A DNA stretch of 52,011 bases, filler included, from Catajapyx aquilonaris (lineage: Eukaryota), in assembly GCA_000934665.2 (NCBI GenBank). It is 2 parts of 2 records of this genome, joined end to end, with 100 filler letters (N's around TTAATTAATTAA, not from the genome) between each part and the next. Parts side by side here need not be neighbours in the genome. Positions count along the whole stretch, not along the records: positions 1 to 25,964 come from JYFJ02005285.1; positions 26,065 to 52,011 come from JYFJ02005286.1. One strand, 5' to 3'. This document shows positions 23,771 through 35,702 of the stretch, one piece after another. The notes beneath the pieces are model-generated. The model was not told the origin of the DNA. It ran no database searches and saw nothing but the letters and a program-made list of their open reading frames with translations. Position 1 is the first letter of the stretch; each line of letters starts with the position of its first letter. Position numbers and translations under genes: made by a program.

Positions 23771-24089
23771 AATTGATTCGGCGAATGTCCCGTATACTTG
23801 ACTCGAAACGTTAGCATTATTGGTCGGACTGCTTTGGATGTGTGCGCGTATAGGCCTACCCATGCGCGGTGCTTTCGCAGGTGGGAAGTACAGGACACTG
23901 TCTTCGAGGCACTTCTTTCGGTGTAGTGTGGGAAACTGACTATATACCGTCGAATGCTATGGTAGTAGAGTCACCATCCAAGAGATGGCAGGAGCATATT
24001 GAACCGGGTTTGGCACCGCAAAGTTCGCCTTCTCTAAGCACATCCACGCGCGCCAATTTCAAAATAGTGTGGTATGGTATGTCATCAAA

Positions 24090-25964
24090 ACAGCTCCCGT
24101 AGGATTTTCGTGCTGAAATTGATTTTATGGTGGTTTTGGGTTTATTTGGGACCAGGCTGTCCAAAAATGGCGGGGTGCAAATTTTCGGACCCCTACACCC
24201 CCCCTGAGGGGGGGCGGGGGGCATAGTGGTCTCGGAATGTCCCCCGGCACCTATCTCCGGTAATAATGAAGGGATTTTCAGGATCTTAAGGTCGTTTCAG
24301 GGGTTTCTGATGATACCGATCCCATTTATGATTATTTGGAAGCAACCGGAAGTACTTTCACCGCGGTACGGAAAAAAATTATCAATTTCTAGTGTTGCGT
24401 AAAGTCAAAATTCAACTTCATGAACCTAGCTAGTCATGCAGTATGACTTTTTCGGGGTTTTCAAACATGGGAAAACGTTTGGTGCAGTCGTTTTGTTCAC
24501 TACACATTCTTATTCCTAGATTCAAAATTAATGTGATACATTTCAGTTATTTATTGCGCATGATACACTGGTATGCTTCACTATACTAGTCATCATCTTC
24601 TTCCTCATGGACATCGCTGATCATATTTGTACAGTCCGCGGCATAGCACTTGCAGAGCGGCGTACAATGAAGGCCATTTTTGCAGCAACTACATCTGCCG
24701 GAACAGCCTGCCTTACATGCACATTTTGTAAGTTCAATCACAGCTCGACGGGCAGGCATTGTGAGGCATTTCACAGGCATGTAGACACCTTTGTCTAACT
24801 GCCAACCATTTTCTTCAATTGCAGGAAGCTTGGGGCAGTTTGTCACATACGACTTGTCACGCATGGCAATGTAATTCGATCTTATTATATATGGGGTAGG
24901 AGTGCAGCGCGAGTCGGAGTCAGCATTTCTCCTTCCAAGATTTTTGAACGGAACAATTGCCATCTGAGTGCTGGCAAGGTTATCGGTCCTGACGAAGAGT
25001 ACACTTGGCAGACAAATCCTGTGATGGAAGGTCGCCATTCACCAACTCACTCGGCAGATAACCATTTCCAAGCTCTAGAAAGCAGTTGACAATGGAATCA
25101 TCGTCATCAAGTTTCATGTATGCACTGACCCAGGTTTTCTTCGTGATACCCACAAATTTGCCTCCCCAGTCTGCACCAGAGAAGTTGTGGAGTCCAATTA
25201 GACCTTGGCACTTGCGACGTCCAATCACTCGTACTCTCTCCAGTACATCTATCTCTCTGTATTTCGTGGCGTTTCCAGTTAGAAACTTGAGACGAGTGCG
25301 ACTTCCAAAACGTCCACAAGAGGCCAGATCGAGAAGGATTGTCAGGACATCTGTATCTGGTGACCAAACACAAACTTCCCACCTGTCACTCTCAGCTACA
25401 TAAAAACACCAATGATGCTGAAACTCTCCGACCTCCAAGAGGCATTCATCAAGCGCATTGAGTTCATGATGGTTGGCTATAGTGAGGGACGAGTGGTGTT
25501 TGACCGTTTAACCTATACCAGGAGCAATCTCTAAAAAACAAGACACGTACGAAAAGAGCAGTGACATACACAGAATTTAAATTTTAAACTTAACTCACAA
25601 ATGAAACTGACCATGTCTCTGAGAGAGCTTCTGTCCTCATCAATGACCAAAGCCAGTCTTACATCTATGTTCGCCCAAGCTTTGCTGCAGTATTTCTCGA
25701 GTAGTAAGACGTTCAAGGTGGTTGTTGTCTATGATGTCAAGATTAAGAGCAACAACTTCGAGGAAGAACATTCACATGAAGAGGCCGACACACTGATACC
25801 TTATCAAGTCCTTGCTTCTGTAACTGAGAGTGACAGGCGGGAAGTTTGTGTTTGGTCACCAGATACCGATGTCCTGACAATCCTTCTCGATCTGGCCTCT
25901 TGTGGACGTTTTGGAAGTCGCACTCGTCTCAAGTTTCTAACTGGAAACGCCACGAAATACAGAG
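24090..25964. mobile_element. Academ (AcademX-like) transposon remnant: XPG-like nuclease and Cys-rich finger, present in both orientations
   Basis: HSHEEADT, SPDTDV, HNFSGADWGGKFVGITKKTW (XPG/FEN-like motifs) and C-terminal CACKAGCSGRCSCCKNGLHCTPLCKC; frameshifted. The left boundary is approximate. Confidence 0.65.
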
Positions 25965-26064
25965 NNNNNNNNNNNNNNNNNNNNNNNNNNNNNNNNNNNN
26001 NNNNNNNNTTAATTAATTAANNNNNNNNNNNNNNNNNNNNNNNNNNNNNNNNNNNNNNNNNNNN
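25965..26064. other. Artificial assembly linker/gap
   Basis: 44 N + TTAATTAATTAA (stops in all six frames) + 44 N = exactly 100 nt. Confidence 0.95.
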
Positions 26065-27665
26065 CAACTGGTCATGTCCACCGCCTTCAAGGTCAAGGTC
26101 AGTCCACTCGACGACCCTTTCCTCATCCACTTGTCTCGGAGGTCATCGGGGTCACTTGTGGGGGAGGGAGAGGTCCATCGAGTGATGACCTCGCCCCCTG
26201 CCAGTGCCCTCAGGCTGAAGGTGGCCAGTCGGATGGAGGAAGGTGGACAGTTGAAGGTGGAGACTGTCTGCTTCTTCTGCGGGGAAGGGGGTCAACCGAT
26301 GGTCATCGATCTGGGCGGTGTCAACCATGCAGACAGAGCAAGAACTGACAGGTTCTTCAAAAACTACGACATAAACAAGATGAACAGGAAGCCAGTTGTT
26401 TATGGAATGTACGTGTGGCCAGCTGACATGGAGGACGTCCGAAAGAGAACAAAGGAACTGGGTGAGGTTTACCTCAAGTATCACGAACGGGGCTACATCG
26501 TGGTCGAGGAAGGAAGCAACTGTTTCATTTCCGAGATTTACGTAAAGGATCCACAGAGTGTAGATCTGGAAACCAGGCTGGACAACGGAACTTGGGTGGG
26601 ATTGACAGCTGATTTGCTGTCAGGACGCGTGGATGCGGTAGGTGCTTTGCCTTTCAAGGAGGACTCATATCGACACACCCTCCTCATGGATCCCTACATT
26701 TACGTACACGGTACATTCCTGACCAGGAGACCCGGAGGCGTGATCAGCTGGAGGGTGATCTACAGGCCCTACGTCCTCCCCTTCTGGGTGTCCTTGGGGG
26801 TCACCCTGGCCCTCCTCCCCATCGCGATGGGCAGCCTCTCCCGCTGCGACCCATCTCGAGGGAGGTCAGAGGTCGAAGGGCAGTGACTGACCCTGCTGGG
26901 ATCCCTCCACGTCCTGGCCAGACACCTGGTAGAACAGCCCGTTCCCTTCCCCACATCCCGCCGCTTTCTCTTCCTGGCCTCCTCCTTCCTCTTCTTCTCC
27001 ACCGTGGTCATCACTGGCTACAAGGCCAAGATGGTCTCCTTCCTTACCTTCCCCCCGAGGGAGTTTGTCCCGAGGAACTGGGGGGAACTGGCGGAATCGG
27101 ACTGGACCATGGAAATGGATTTGATCAATTTTCTTTTCTGGAAGATATACCTTTCCTTTGTCGACGATCCTTTCTACCACTCACTGGATGCGAAGTTGTC
27201 CATGGGAGAGAGTGTCCACCATTGCCTGGAGAAGATGCAAAGAGAGCAACTCGTCTGCGCGGGTGCAAATCTACTCTTGGATCAGGAGATTTACCTATTT
27301 CGAGACACTTCTGGCCAACCAACATTCCGTTACTCCGATGACAACATATTTCCGAGTTACATGGGGTCCGCTTACCCCCGGGGACAAACCATGGCATATC
27401 ATATCGTAAAGACAGTAGTGAGATTTTTGAATGAAAATGACATGATAAGAGTGATCTGTCGTGACAACATGTACCTGATGTTCCTCCGCTCCTTGGATCT
27501 AATCCGGGCCAGGGAGAGGGACAACCCCCAAAAGGCAGATAGGAAGTGTTGACCAGGACAAAGCTCTCCGCCATCTTCAACATGTGGTTGGCTGCACTGT
27601 GTGTTGCTCTGGGTGCATTTGCAATGGAAATGTTCAGTAGCAAGTGTCGGGCTAAAGGGAAATAA
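26065..27665 (+). pseudogene. Divergent, intronless ionotropic (chemosensory) receptor with an in-frame TGA and a late frameshift
   Basis: S1 NGTWVGLTADLLSGRVD, first TM RPYVLPFWVSL, TM VITGYKAKMVSFLTFP; last TM LTRTKLSAIFNMWLAALCVALGAFAME is in a shifted frame from 27549. ORFs 26074-26886 and 27004-27552 are in the same frame, separated only by TGA at 26884-26886. Confidence 0.8.
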
Positions 27666-29289
27666 AGCCTGAGAGCGAGAAGACCAGTCATCCTCTGCCC
27701 TTCACCTTCTCAAGAAGTCAAAAATGATTTCAATGTCTGCTTTACGTAGGGCCAACATGTATCGTAGGATACTCTATATGTATATCACTCAAAAACATTG
27801 ATACGATTTTGCATATGGTTTCAGTGAAAAATCGCATCCATCTATTTGCGCGAATGTGCGATATAGTAGGCGACAGTCATGAACAACATCTGCTGAACAA
27901 AAAAGCATCTTATTTTAATAACAACTTTTAAAAACATAATGGCACAGTCTACTGAGATAAGTGGGATTTTGTTTTGCATAATTTGGCGTTGTCCGATTGT
28001 ATGGATAGCAGCAAAAAATGCAAAGTTCAGCTTCGAAGCGGCTCCTGTATATACTGTACTGTAGTCAATGCAGAGGCAGAAAATCTCGTTTCACACTTAA
28101 ATACGAAATTCACACAAATCGTTAAGTGGTGGCAAATACAGTAGAAAATATTTAAAAATAATAATCTGCAAGTGATCATAACGTCTTTTAAATTTCGATA
28201 TTTCTAAACAAGACTTATTAATATGAGAAAAAAATAATAAAACTGATAAGATGAGCGCCTAGCTTCAGCAGCGGCAGCCGCCATTTTATCCGCGATTTAA
28301 TTTTCTCGGCCCAAGTCAGATATTCGACACTAGGTGGCTACACCTATATTGAGGCCAGATTGTAACCATGGGATAGCAACATGTTACAGTTTTGTTGGCA
28401 TCACGAGTTGGCGCCAAAAAAAAAAATCTTATGCTGATGTCGACACCAGGTCTCAGGAGGATATAGCAGTTATATACCCTATGTATTATGCAGCTTGTTG
28501 TGACCCTAACCAGGTGCCCCATTCTATAGCAGCTGCTATATTCGACCAACTGGGGCACCTGGTTAGGGGCACAACTAGGTACAAAGAAATAACTGTTATC
28601 GAACAAATCAGATATGAAAAAAACTACCCGCGAAGAAACACCCTGAGTTTCAAAGTGGTTTCAGCTCACAACATGTATGTATATAGAACAAAGCCCGTCA
28701 CTGTTGCACCTACCCGATATGCAAAAAAAAACCACAAGAGCATAAGAGCATATGTGTGACTCAAATATAATTTATTGTGATGAGATGTCACGAGCATAAT
28801 TATGTAGCTTTTGACGCACTTCTTTCTGACTGCACAAGTGCCCGATATTTTGGTGCTTGGGATGATCAAGTCGACAATAATTCCTGTACCACTTTTAATA
28901 TAGCTTGAGCATCAAGTAATAATTCCTAGGGGCAAGTGTTTACGCATTTAATTGTGGTTGCACAAAAAGGGAGCCCAAAGTTGTATCTTTGGAAAGTGTC
29001 GGAAATGTGACAGATGTCATAAAATGAGATTTGATTGTCTTGCAATCCATAGTCAGTTATTGCACTATACGGTAGCCGATTCAAATATTTGCATCCACAT
29101 TATCGATATTTCTGACGTCTAACATGCAAAGCGAAGTAGCACAACATGCACAATAAAAAATAGCACTTTTCAATCCCACTATTTTTTCCTCGATGTATGA
29201 GTGAGTATAGAGTAACCAACCGATTTCATTTCTGCACCTTCAAGACAGTGTGTTCTATAATAATACACCCCAAATTTTTATACAACACT

Positions 29290-30010
29290 TACGAGTTCCA
29301 CAAGGTCTAATGTTCCTCAATTTTTATGCATGTCCTCAAAAAAGTACTGCAAAACTAGCCGGGCTGCTGCTTTATCTCAGACCTAATCACCGAGGCAGTC
29401 CCTGCAGAAATCTTCTATTGCAATGACTGCGGCTCCATGAATACACTCGTGTCCTTCAGAGAATAATCCAGTCAAATTGTTGATGGACCTAAAATATAAT
29501 ATAATATACCAAATACACTGTTCAAACATTCGGTATTCTTCTGATTCATCGGAACGTGCCTGCTTTTGACATTGCAAAATGTTAAAAACCGAATGTTAAT
29601 AGGAAAATAAGTACTTAGTCTCGTAGAGCATGGATTTGGGACTGTTGACAGAATATCAATAATGGGTGCTTGTTTCGGCTTGTTTCATGGAAAGGAACCC
29701 TGTGGTTTGAGGCATCGTGAAATACCTCAAAAATCGCGATGTGTTACTTTCACCTACTTGTACCGCTTATTCTACACATTATTAAATTCTATCTTGTTAA
29801 ACTGTACTATTTATTCCATATGTCCATCAACTGCCAGCTGTACATTTGTAATATGCGCTGGACTGTGCGTTCGTTTACAATGTCAATGATATGTGATGTG
29901 AGGTGAAGGGCTGTTACACCTGGAGCCATGGTCAGGAGTGCATCAAAGATTGCTTCATCTTCTAGTCTCAAGAACTCACAAGACCTCACTTGGTGCCCAT
30001 GGGCAGCAGC
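29290..30010 (-). pseudogene. Degenerate LRR-like exons (probable decayed F-box/LRR gene); partial second copy at about 37000-37190
   Basis: EAIFDALLTMAPGVTALHL and SINNLTGLFSEGHECIHGAAVIAI with splice-like boundaries, stops and frameshifts. Confidence 0.35.
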
Positions 30011-33000
30011 ATGCAGTAGAACAAGGTTGATTCACACTTCAAGGTTCAATATCTGTTTAACATGCAAAATTGTCCAGTACATTGTACATCGTGCCTAAAA
30101 ACAGATTTTGTCTTTGCAGGTGTCCACCCAAAATATTAAGTGCGAATACGCCTACACCTCAAGAGTAAATTTTTGAATCAATTACGGTTCTACTCGGTTC
30201 AGATAGAATGTTTCAAGCTGCAGTTCGTGCAGAATTAATGCATTTTTTAGCACGTTGGGTTCCACTTGCCCGGAAATGTGAAGTAAGTGCAACCCCGCCG
30301 TGAATCAACTGTTCCATAATGACGCAAGACCAAATGTATCATTCAAAATAACCAATTTTAAAACGTGCCCCAATTTAACAAGTACTTCTTAAACAATAAA
30401 ATAACCTAGTGAACATTAGTCATCCAGTTAATTAGAAGATAAATGACAGACTACTTCCTCTTGGAAAAGTGGCTCTCACGCCAACATGTCAGAACTGCCA
30501 GTGTACACACTTAATTATTGCTTTCAACTGACTTTATGATCACTCCCGCCATGTTCAGAGTTGAAAATCATTCAGGTAATTAAAAAATAATGTCACGCTA
30601 TCCAATTATTAGTTAAATGAAAATGAAAGTAGTCATTACATTTTAAATAACTTCCTAAGAATTTCAGAATTTGCCTTTATTTACTCCCCGTTTGTGCAGC
30701 TTCCATATTACACTTCGGTAAGGTAAGGTATGTAGTTAAGAGTGTCCGGAGGGTCATGATGACCCAAAACCTGTCTGAATAACTGCCAGACTTCGTGGGG
30801 CTTCCCTTGGTCATCTAAAGTCTAAAGTGTTGTATTCACTGCCGTCGTCATGCCATGGAGCTCAACGAACCTCGCACAGTTAAAACAGAGTTTGTTTATC
30901 GAGTCATTCCCTCCGCTCGGATGGAAATGCAAGGGTCTGGGTGGTTCGTGTGCGGGTAAACAAACGAGAAGGACACGCGGAAAGGCAGTAGAGCCATCTG
31001 CTTGTGTCGTCCGTGCAAGAAATCCCCACGGTTGCCAAGCAAAAGCGGTTGTGAAGCAGTTTGTTGATTACAAACTCTGTAGAAAACCTGCAGCGGGGGC
31101 TTGTAGTGAAAACAACTACTTATTTTCGAACAAAGATTTCACGTGGCACGAATTAGTGGAATGGCATCAGCACGAAGACGGCAATGAAAACATGGCTTAA
31201 GAGTAGGGCCATATCACTCCTTGTGCTAAGAGTGTCCGCATGGTCATGACCCAACACTTTCTCCCTCTTCTCCAAAACCTCCCTGTATGCCCGCAAGGCT
31301 TTGTCGTAATTTCCTGGTTTGCACAGCACCCCTGCAATGTTATGCTTGGTGCTAAGAGTGTCCGGATGGTCATGACCCAACACCTTTTCCCTCTTATCCA
31401 AAACCTCCCTGCATGCCTGCAAGGCCTCGTCATACTTCCCTAGGTTCTGTAGCATGCAGACTATGTCATGATTTGTCTGAAGAGTGATTGGATGGTCGTC
31501 ACCTATCCGTTTTTCCTCCTTTACCAACACTATCCTGTATGCTGCTAAAGCCTCGTTCCACTTGCCCGCTTCACGTAGGGAGTGAGCAGAATCGAGCATC
31601 TCCTTCAATACCCTCGCCTGATCATGATGTTGTTTTGAGTAGTGTGTCCCACTTGCATCCCCAGCTCCTTCCTGCCCACCTCCACTCGACCCATGAAGAC
31701 TACCTTTGGAATCGTCCATCCCCTTTGCTCCTTCCTTGCATCCAATACCGTCATTTCCGGATGACGTGTCAGTCTCTTCATGTGTGTCCTTGTCCAGGTG
31801 AGTGCTGCCCTGTTCTTTTCCTACCCCGAGTCTTCTCCTACTAGGTTTGGGGCTGTCCAGCTTGAGTCCTGCAGTGGTCCCACTTGATGATCCTCCTCCG
31901 TGTTCACCTGTGACGATATGTGCATCCTCTGAAGACATGATCGGGACCTGAAAGAGGCAATAAGTGCACGTCTTCACTTCTTCGCGTTAGCTATAAATCT
32001 TCGTTAAAATGTAACAAATCACCTTACCGTCTGATTTATTTATCACTCGCTAATTCCATGCAAAAGTATACATCAGTGTCAGATTTTAAAATAATTCATT
32101 TCTATGACATCATGGTCTTTTCTTAAAGCTGAGATTGTGTATTATTTATTTCTGAACAGATATTAGAGAATCGTCACATACATTCCAGGTAACAACACTG
32201 TTTATTTCCAATATGGTGGGTGTGCAAATTTCTTTGGTTCTAAGGCTCCATAAAAAATCTTCATAATTCAACAAGTAAGCAAAGTGTTTTTCATGCAGTA
32301 AACTATGATTTCTATCACATAAGAACTGGATTAATGTACCATATATTTAACTTTCCATTGCAATGACTTTTATTCAGCATAAAAATTAGCTCGGTTATGT
32401 ACCATCTTTGTGTGTCGTGTAAGTCACAATTTTTTGACCTTTTTAAAAATTTTAGCTGCAGCACCAAAATTGATATTAATTACCTTCTCACTAGACAGTA
32501 GTACCCTTCTAATAATAATAATAATTTTGTGGTAATTTTTGTCTGAACATTGTTACGGCCATTTAATTTTTGTCGTGTAAGTCACCTTTCCGCTTGGATG
32601 CCACTGTCACTGTTGTTCCCCGGCTGGTAAAATGGCACTTACAGTAGTTGAATGTAAGAAAAAGCAAACGTCGTAGTTAAAGCAAGAAGGGAAGTAAGAA
32701 GCTGTCCTGGACAAGTGCATTGGAAAGGCCATTTCTGTCTAGAGTCTAGTTCGCCCAATTAAAAAACCCGCAATAAAGCCATTGTTGCCTAAATGATAGT
32801 GACATTGAGTCGTGCGTACAAGGGCCTACTACCGGGAAGGTAAAAAGGTCTGTCGTCTGTTGAAAGAAAATCGACGCCAATTGAAATTCTGATTTCACAA
32901 TCAGAATTAGCGCCTATGAATGCCTAGCTGAAATTGTTCATGTGACAAAATTATTGCTGGCCAGTTTAATTATCCAGAAGGGATCAGAAGAATATACGAA

Positions 33001-33865
33001 AGACGATGACTACCTGAGTCGACTGCCGCGCCACATCTTGATCAGTGTCTCCAGATGTTTTATTCTCATTCAGCCTGAAATGCACGCAGAGAAAGGAATT
33101 AAAATAAAGAATGTCATTCCGGCAAAAATGATTGGGATCTCCCCTTTTTTTTTCTGCACACCAACCATTGAATGGGACAATTATTAATGAATTCATGGTA
33201 CACTAGGGTATTCCCTGCCAATGTCTAACTGTTGCCACCGCTCCGTCAACTTCCGCATTGCTGCAGAACCCTGCACCACCCATGGACAACCGAAATAAAT
33301 GTGACTTTGAGATGATATGATTTATTTATTTATTTATTTATTTTTTGGCCAGAAGATATAAAAACAAAAACGTTCGAACAGCGTTAGTCGGTGTTAGTCT
33401 TTTAATCTTAGTGTGTGAATGAATTTACCTGGCTTCCGCCTGATTTATTCCATGTTTGTCCATCTCGTCTTTCAGGTACGCCCAACAGGTCATCATGCCT
33501 GTTGGTTACAGCTGCCCTGCAAAAAATGATTTAAAAAAAATCATTGATTCTGATAGAAGGTGAAAGCGCAGCTTGACATAATGTGGCACATGTACAGTAG
33601 CTGAGTAGCATATAAGGGAAAGTTTGTTTGTTTGTCCAAATGGCAACAACAGTTTTCCAAACGGGCACTACCGCTAGTAGGTCACTCTGCTCTATAAAAA
33701 CCAGACAGACGAAGGAGGCCTGGTTTCCTTGCACAAAGAGTCTCTCTGTACCTGAGTAATTAGGGTATGAACTTGGCGCACTTGAAAAAGTATACTCCAA
33801 TCGTGCTCCAATCCCTGTTTGTCTGACACAGAAATGGTTTCTTCCCGGCGAGGCCACGACATATA
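29820..33865. repeat. Tandem segmental duplication, copy 1 (copy 2 at about 37003-42788)
   Basis: Colinear high-identity blocks: 29820-30248/37003-37420, 30528-30870/37788-38130, 30867-31150/38445-38740, TPR gene, 31980-32612/40945-41630, 32941-33865/41741-42788. Confidence 0.92.
31153..31938 (-). CDS. Short TPR protein (kinesin-light-chain-type 42-aa repeats, 3 units)
   Basis: G(H/D)DH(P/A)xTL x3. ATG at 31938 follows acceptor tttcag (31948-31953); the upstream exon has an in-frame stop, so it is likely 5' UTR. Confidence 0.8.
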   Translation of the reverse strand: MSSEDAHIVTGEHGGGSSSGTTAGLKLDSPKPSRRRLGVGKEQGSTHLDKDTHEETDTSSGNDGIGCKEGAKGMDDSKGSLHGSSGGGQEGAGDASGTHYSKQHHDQARVLKEMLDSAHSLREAGKWNEALAAYRIVLVKEEKRIGDDHPITLQTNHDIVCMLQNLGKYDEALQACREVLDKREKVLGHDHPDTLSTKHNIAGVLCKPGNYDKALRAYREVLEKREKVLGHDHADTLSTRSDMALLLSHVFIAVFVLMPFH

Positions 33866-34369
33866 TTCTGCGCCACATTTGTTCAACTTATTTCTAACAA
33901 TTAACAAGAAGTAAGTACACGCAAATCGACACCAATTTTACTTACACGACCACTAATGTATATTATATCATCAGCGCATGTATCTTTTTTTAAAACATAT
34001 ATTGCAATAATATTGTTGCCCGGTTGACTGTACCACCGGACATTGTTGACATGTGATCGGAATGAGCATAAATTTCGATCATTTTTTACACTGAACGTAA
34101 GTATTTATTGGGGACTTGATCATCTTACATTTACTCAGCGCATTGCAGGGAAGCATCACGTACATTGCACACGACTAGTACGTTACGCAAAGAACAGGGT
34201 CACAGCGATTGTTGTGGTAAAGAGTTCATCGACATGTGTAAATATATTGTTCTTGCAGGAACGTTCCGGTACCTTTTACATCGAGCTGAAGTGTGCTGCG
34301 TACACAGGCTGAAGCGCAGCCGGTCTGTGCATGTCTTGCTCAGCGCAGCGGAGGAGCATCGTCGACACC

Positions 34370-35702
34370 ATGGCGGGAGCCGTACCAGGCAATAACAAGG
34401 TGCGGCATAGCAAAGCTGGACAACAATCAATATATTGCTCCATAATCTATTTATTTAATTAATAATTAATTTGATTAGCTAATAATTTAATTGTCATCAA
34501 AATAGGTGTTAATTTGTGGGCCTTTTGATTTTCCAGACCTTTGATCACCTTCCGGAGGAGATGCAGGTGAAGTTGTTCTGGTACCTGCCGACCAGAGACC
34601 TGCTGGCGGCGTCTCTGGTGTGCCGCTCCTGGCGCAAGGCGGCCCTGGACCGGCGGCTGTGGAAGGAGGCCAGGCTGAGCAGCTGGAGGGTCAGCAAGTG
34701 GAGGGCCGGGCGACTGCTGGAGCAGATGCCGCTGCTGAGGAAGCTCACTCTGACCGACATGTTGGATCCGGACCAGCTCATTCGGAAGGTTGGGGACGGC
34801 CTGCCCTTCCTGGAGGTGCTGACCATCCGGCGGATGGCGCTGGCTCGCTCGGAGCCACTGGTGCACGTGGCCGAGAGGTGAGTTCGCACCTGCTCCCTAA
34901 ACCAAATGATGTAATTAACACATTTTCTGACAGGTGCACGGCACTGCGGGAGATCGTTATGGAAAACATGAGCACTCCAGCGAGCTTCCAGCATCCACTG
35001 GACATCTTCGCGGGATGTACCAAGCTGGAGAAGATCGACCTGGGCCGCTTCACCGGCCGTCGACGCCCGCTGGATCGCACCATCAAGCGGGAGTGGTCCA
35101 GGTTGTCTGAGGTCACCCTCAGCTTGGGGTCCAGGGAGACGTACTGCGCCGCAGACAAGGAGATGGAAGTGTTGGCCGACAGCCTGGGTCACCTCCGTAA
35201 GCTGCGTATCGGGGGATTCTGGCTGCCTCAAACGTACATGCTCCTAGGGCAATGCATCCGACTGGAGGAGCTGGACATCTCTGAGGCAAACTGGGACGCT
35301 CCGGCGGACGGCCTCCCCCAGGCGATGTGCAACTTGATCAGTCTCCGCCAGCTCAGCATGGGTGACACTTGGGAGCATACCGGATCCGATCTCCTTGCTT
35401 ATTTCTGCGATCCACAAGTCGTCGGACGGCTGGAGAGGTTGAGTCTCATAGAGAGCGACGCACTGACCGACACGTGCCTGGAGGCGATTGCAGACAACTG
35501 TCCGCTTCTCACGGACATCGCACTGCTCGACTGCCCAAGTATTTCCACACCTGGCGTGATCGACTTCATCACAGCATCCCAATCGCTTCGGTACATCCGG
35601 CTGCGGCACTGCAACGGCGTGGACCTCAGCGACGCTCATCCATGGATACGCGAGTGGTATCCAGACCTGCACATTCTGGAGCTGCCTGCTGGATGGAAGT
35701 AG
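34370..35702 (+). CDS. F-box/leucine-rich repeat protein (about 379 aa)
   Basis: Exons 34370-34399, 34537-34877, 34934-35702 in phase (alternative in-frame ATG at 34331); F-box FDHLPEEMQVKLFWYLPTRDLLAASLVCRSWR, followed by Cys-containing LRRs (CPLLTDIALLDCPSIS). Confidence 0.88.
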
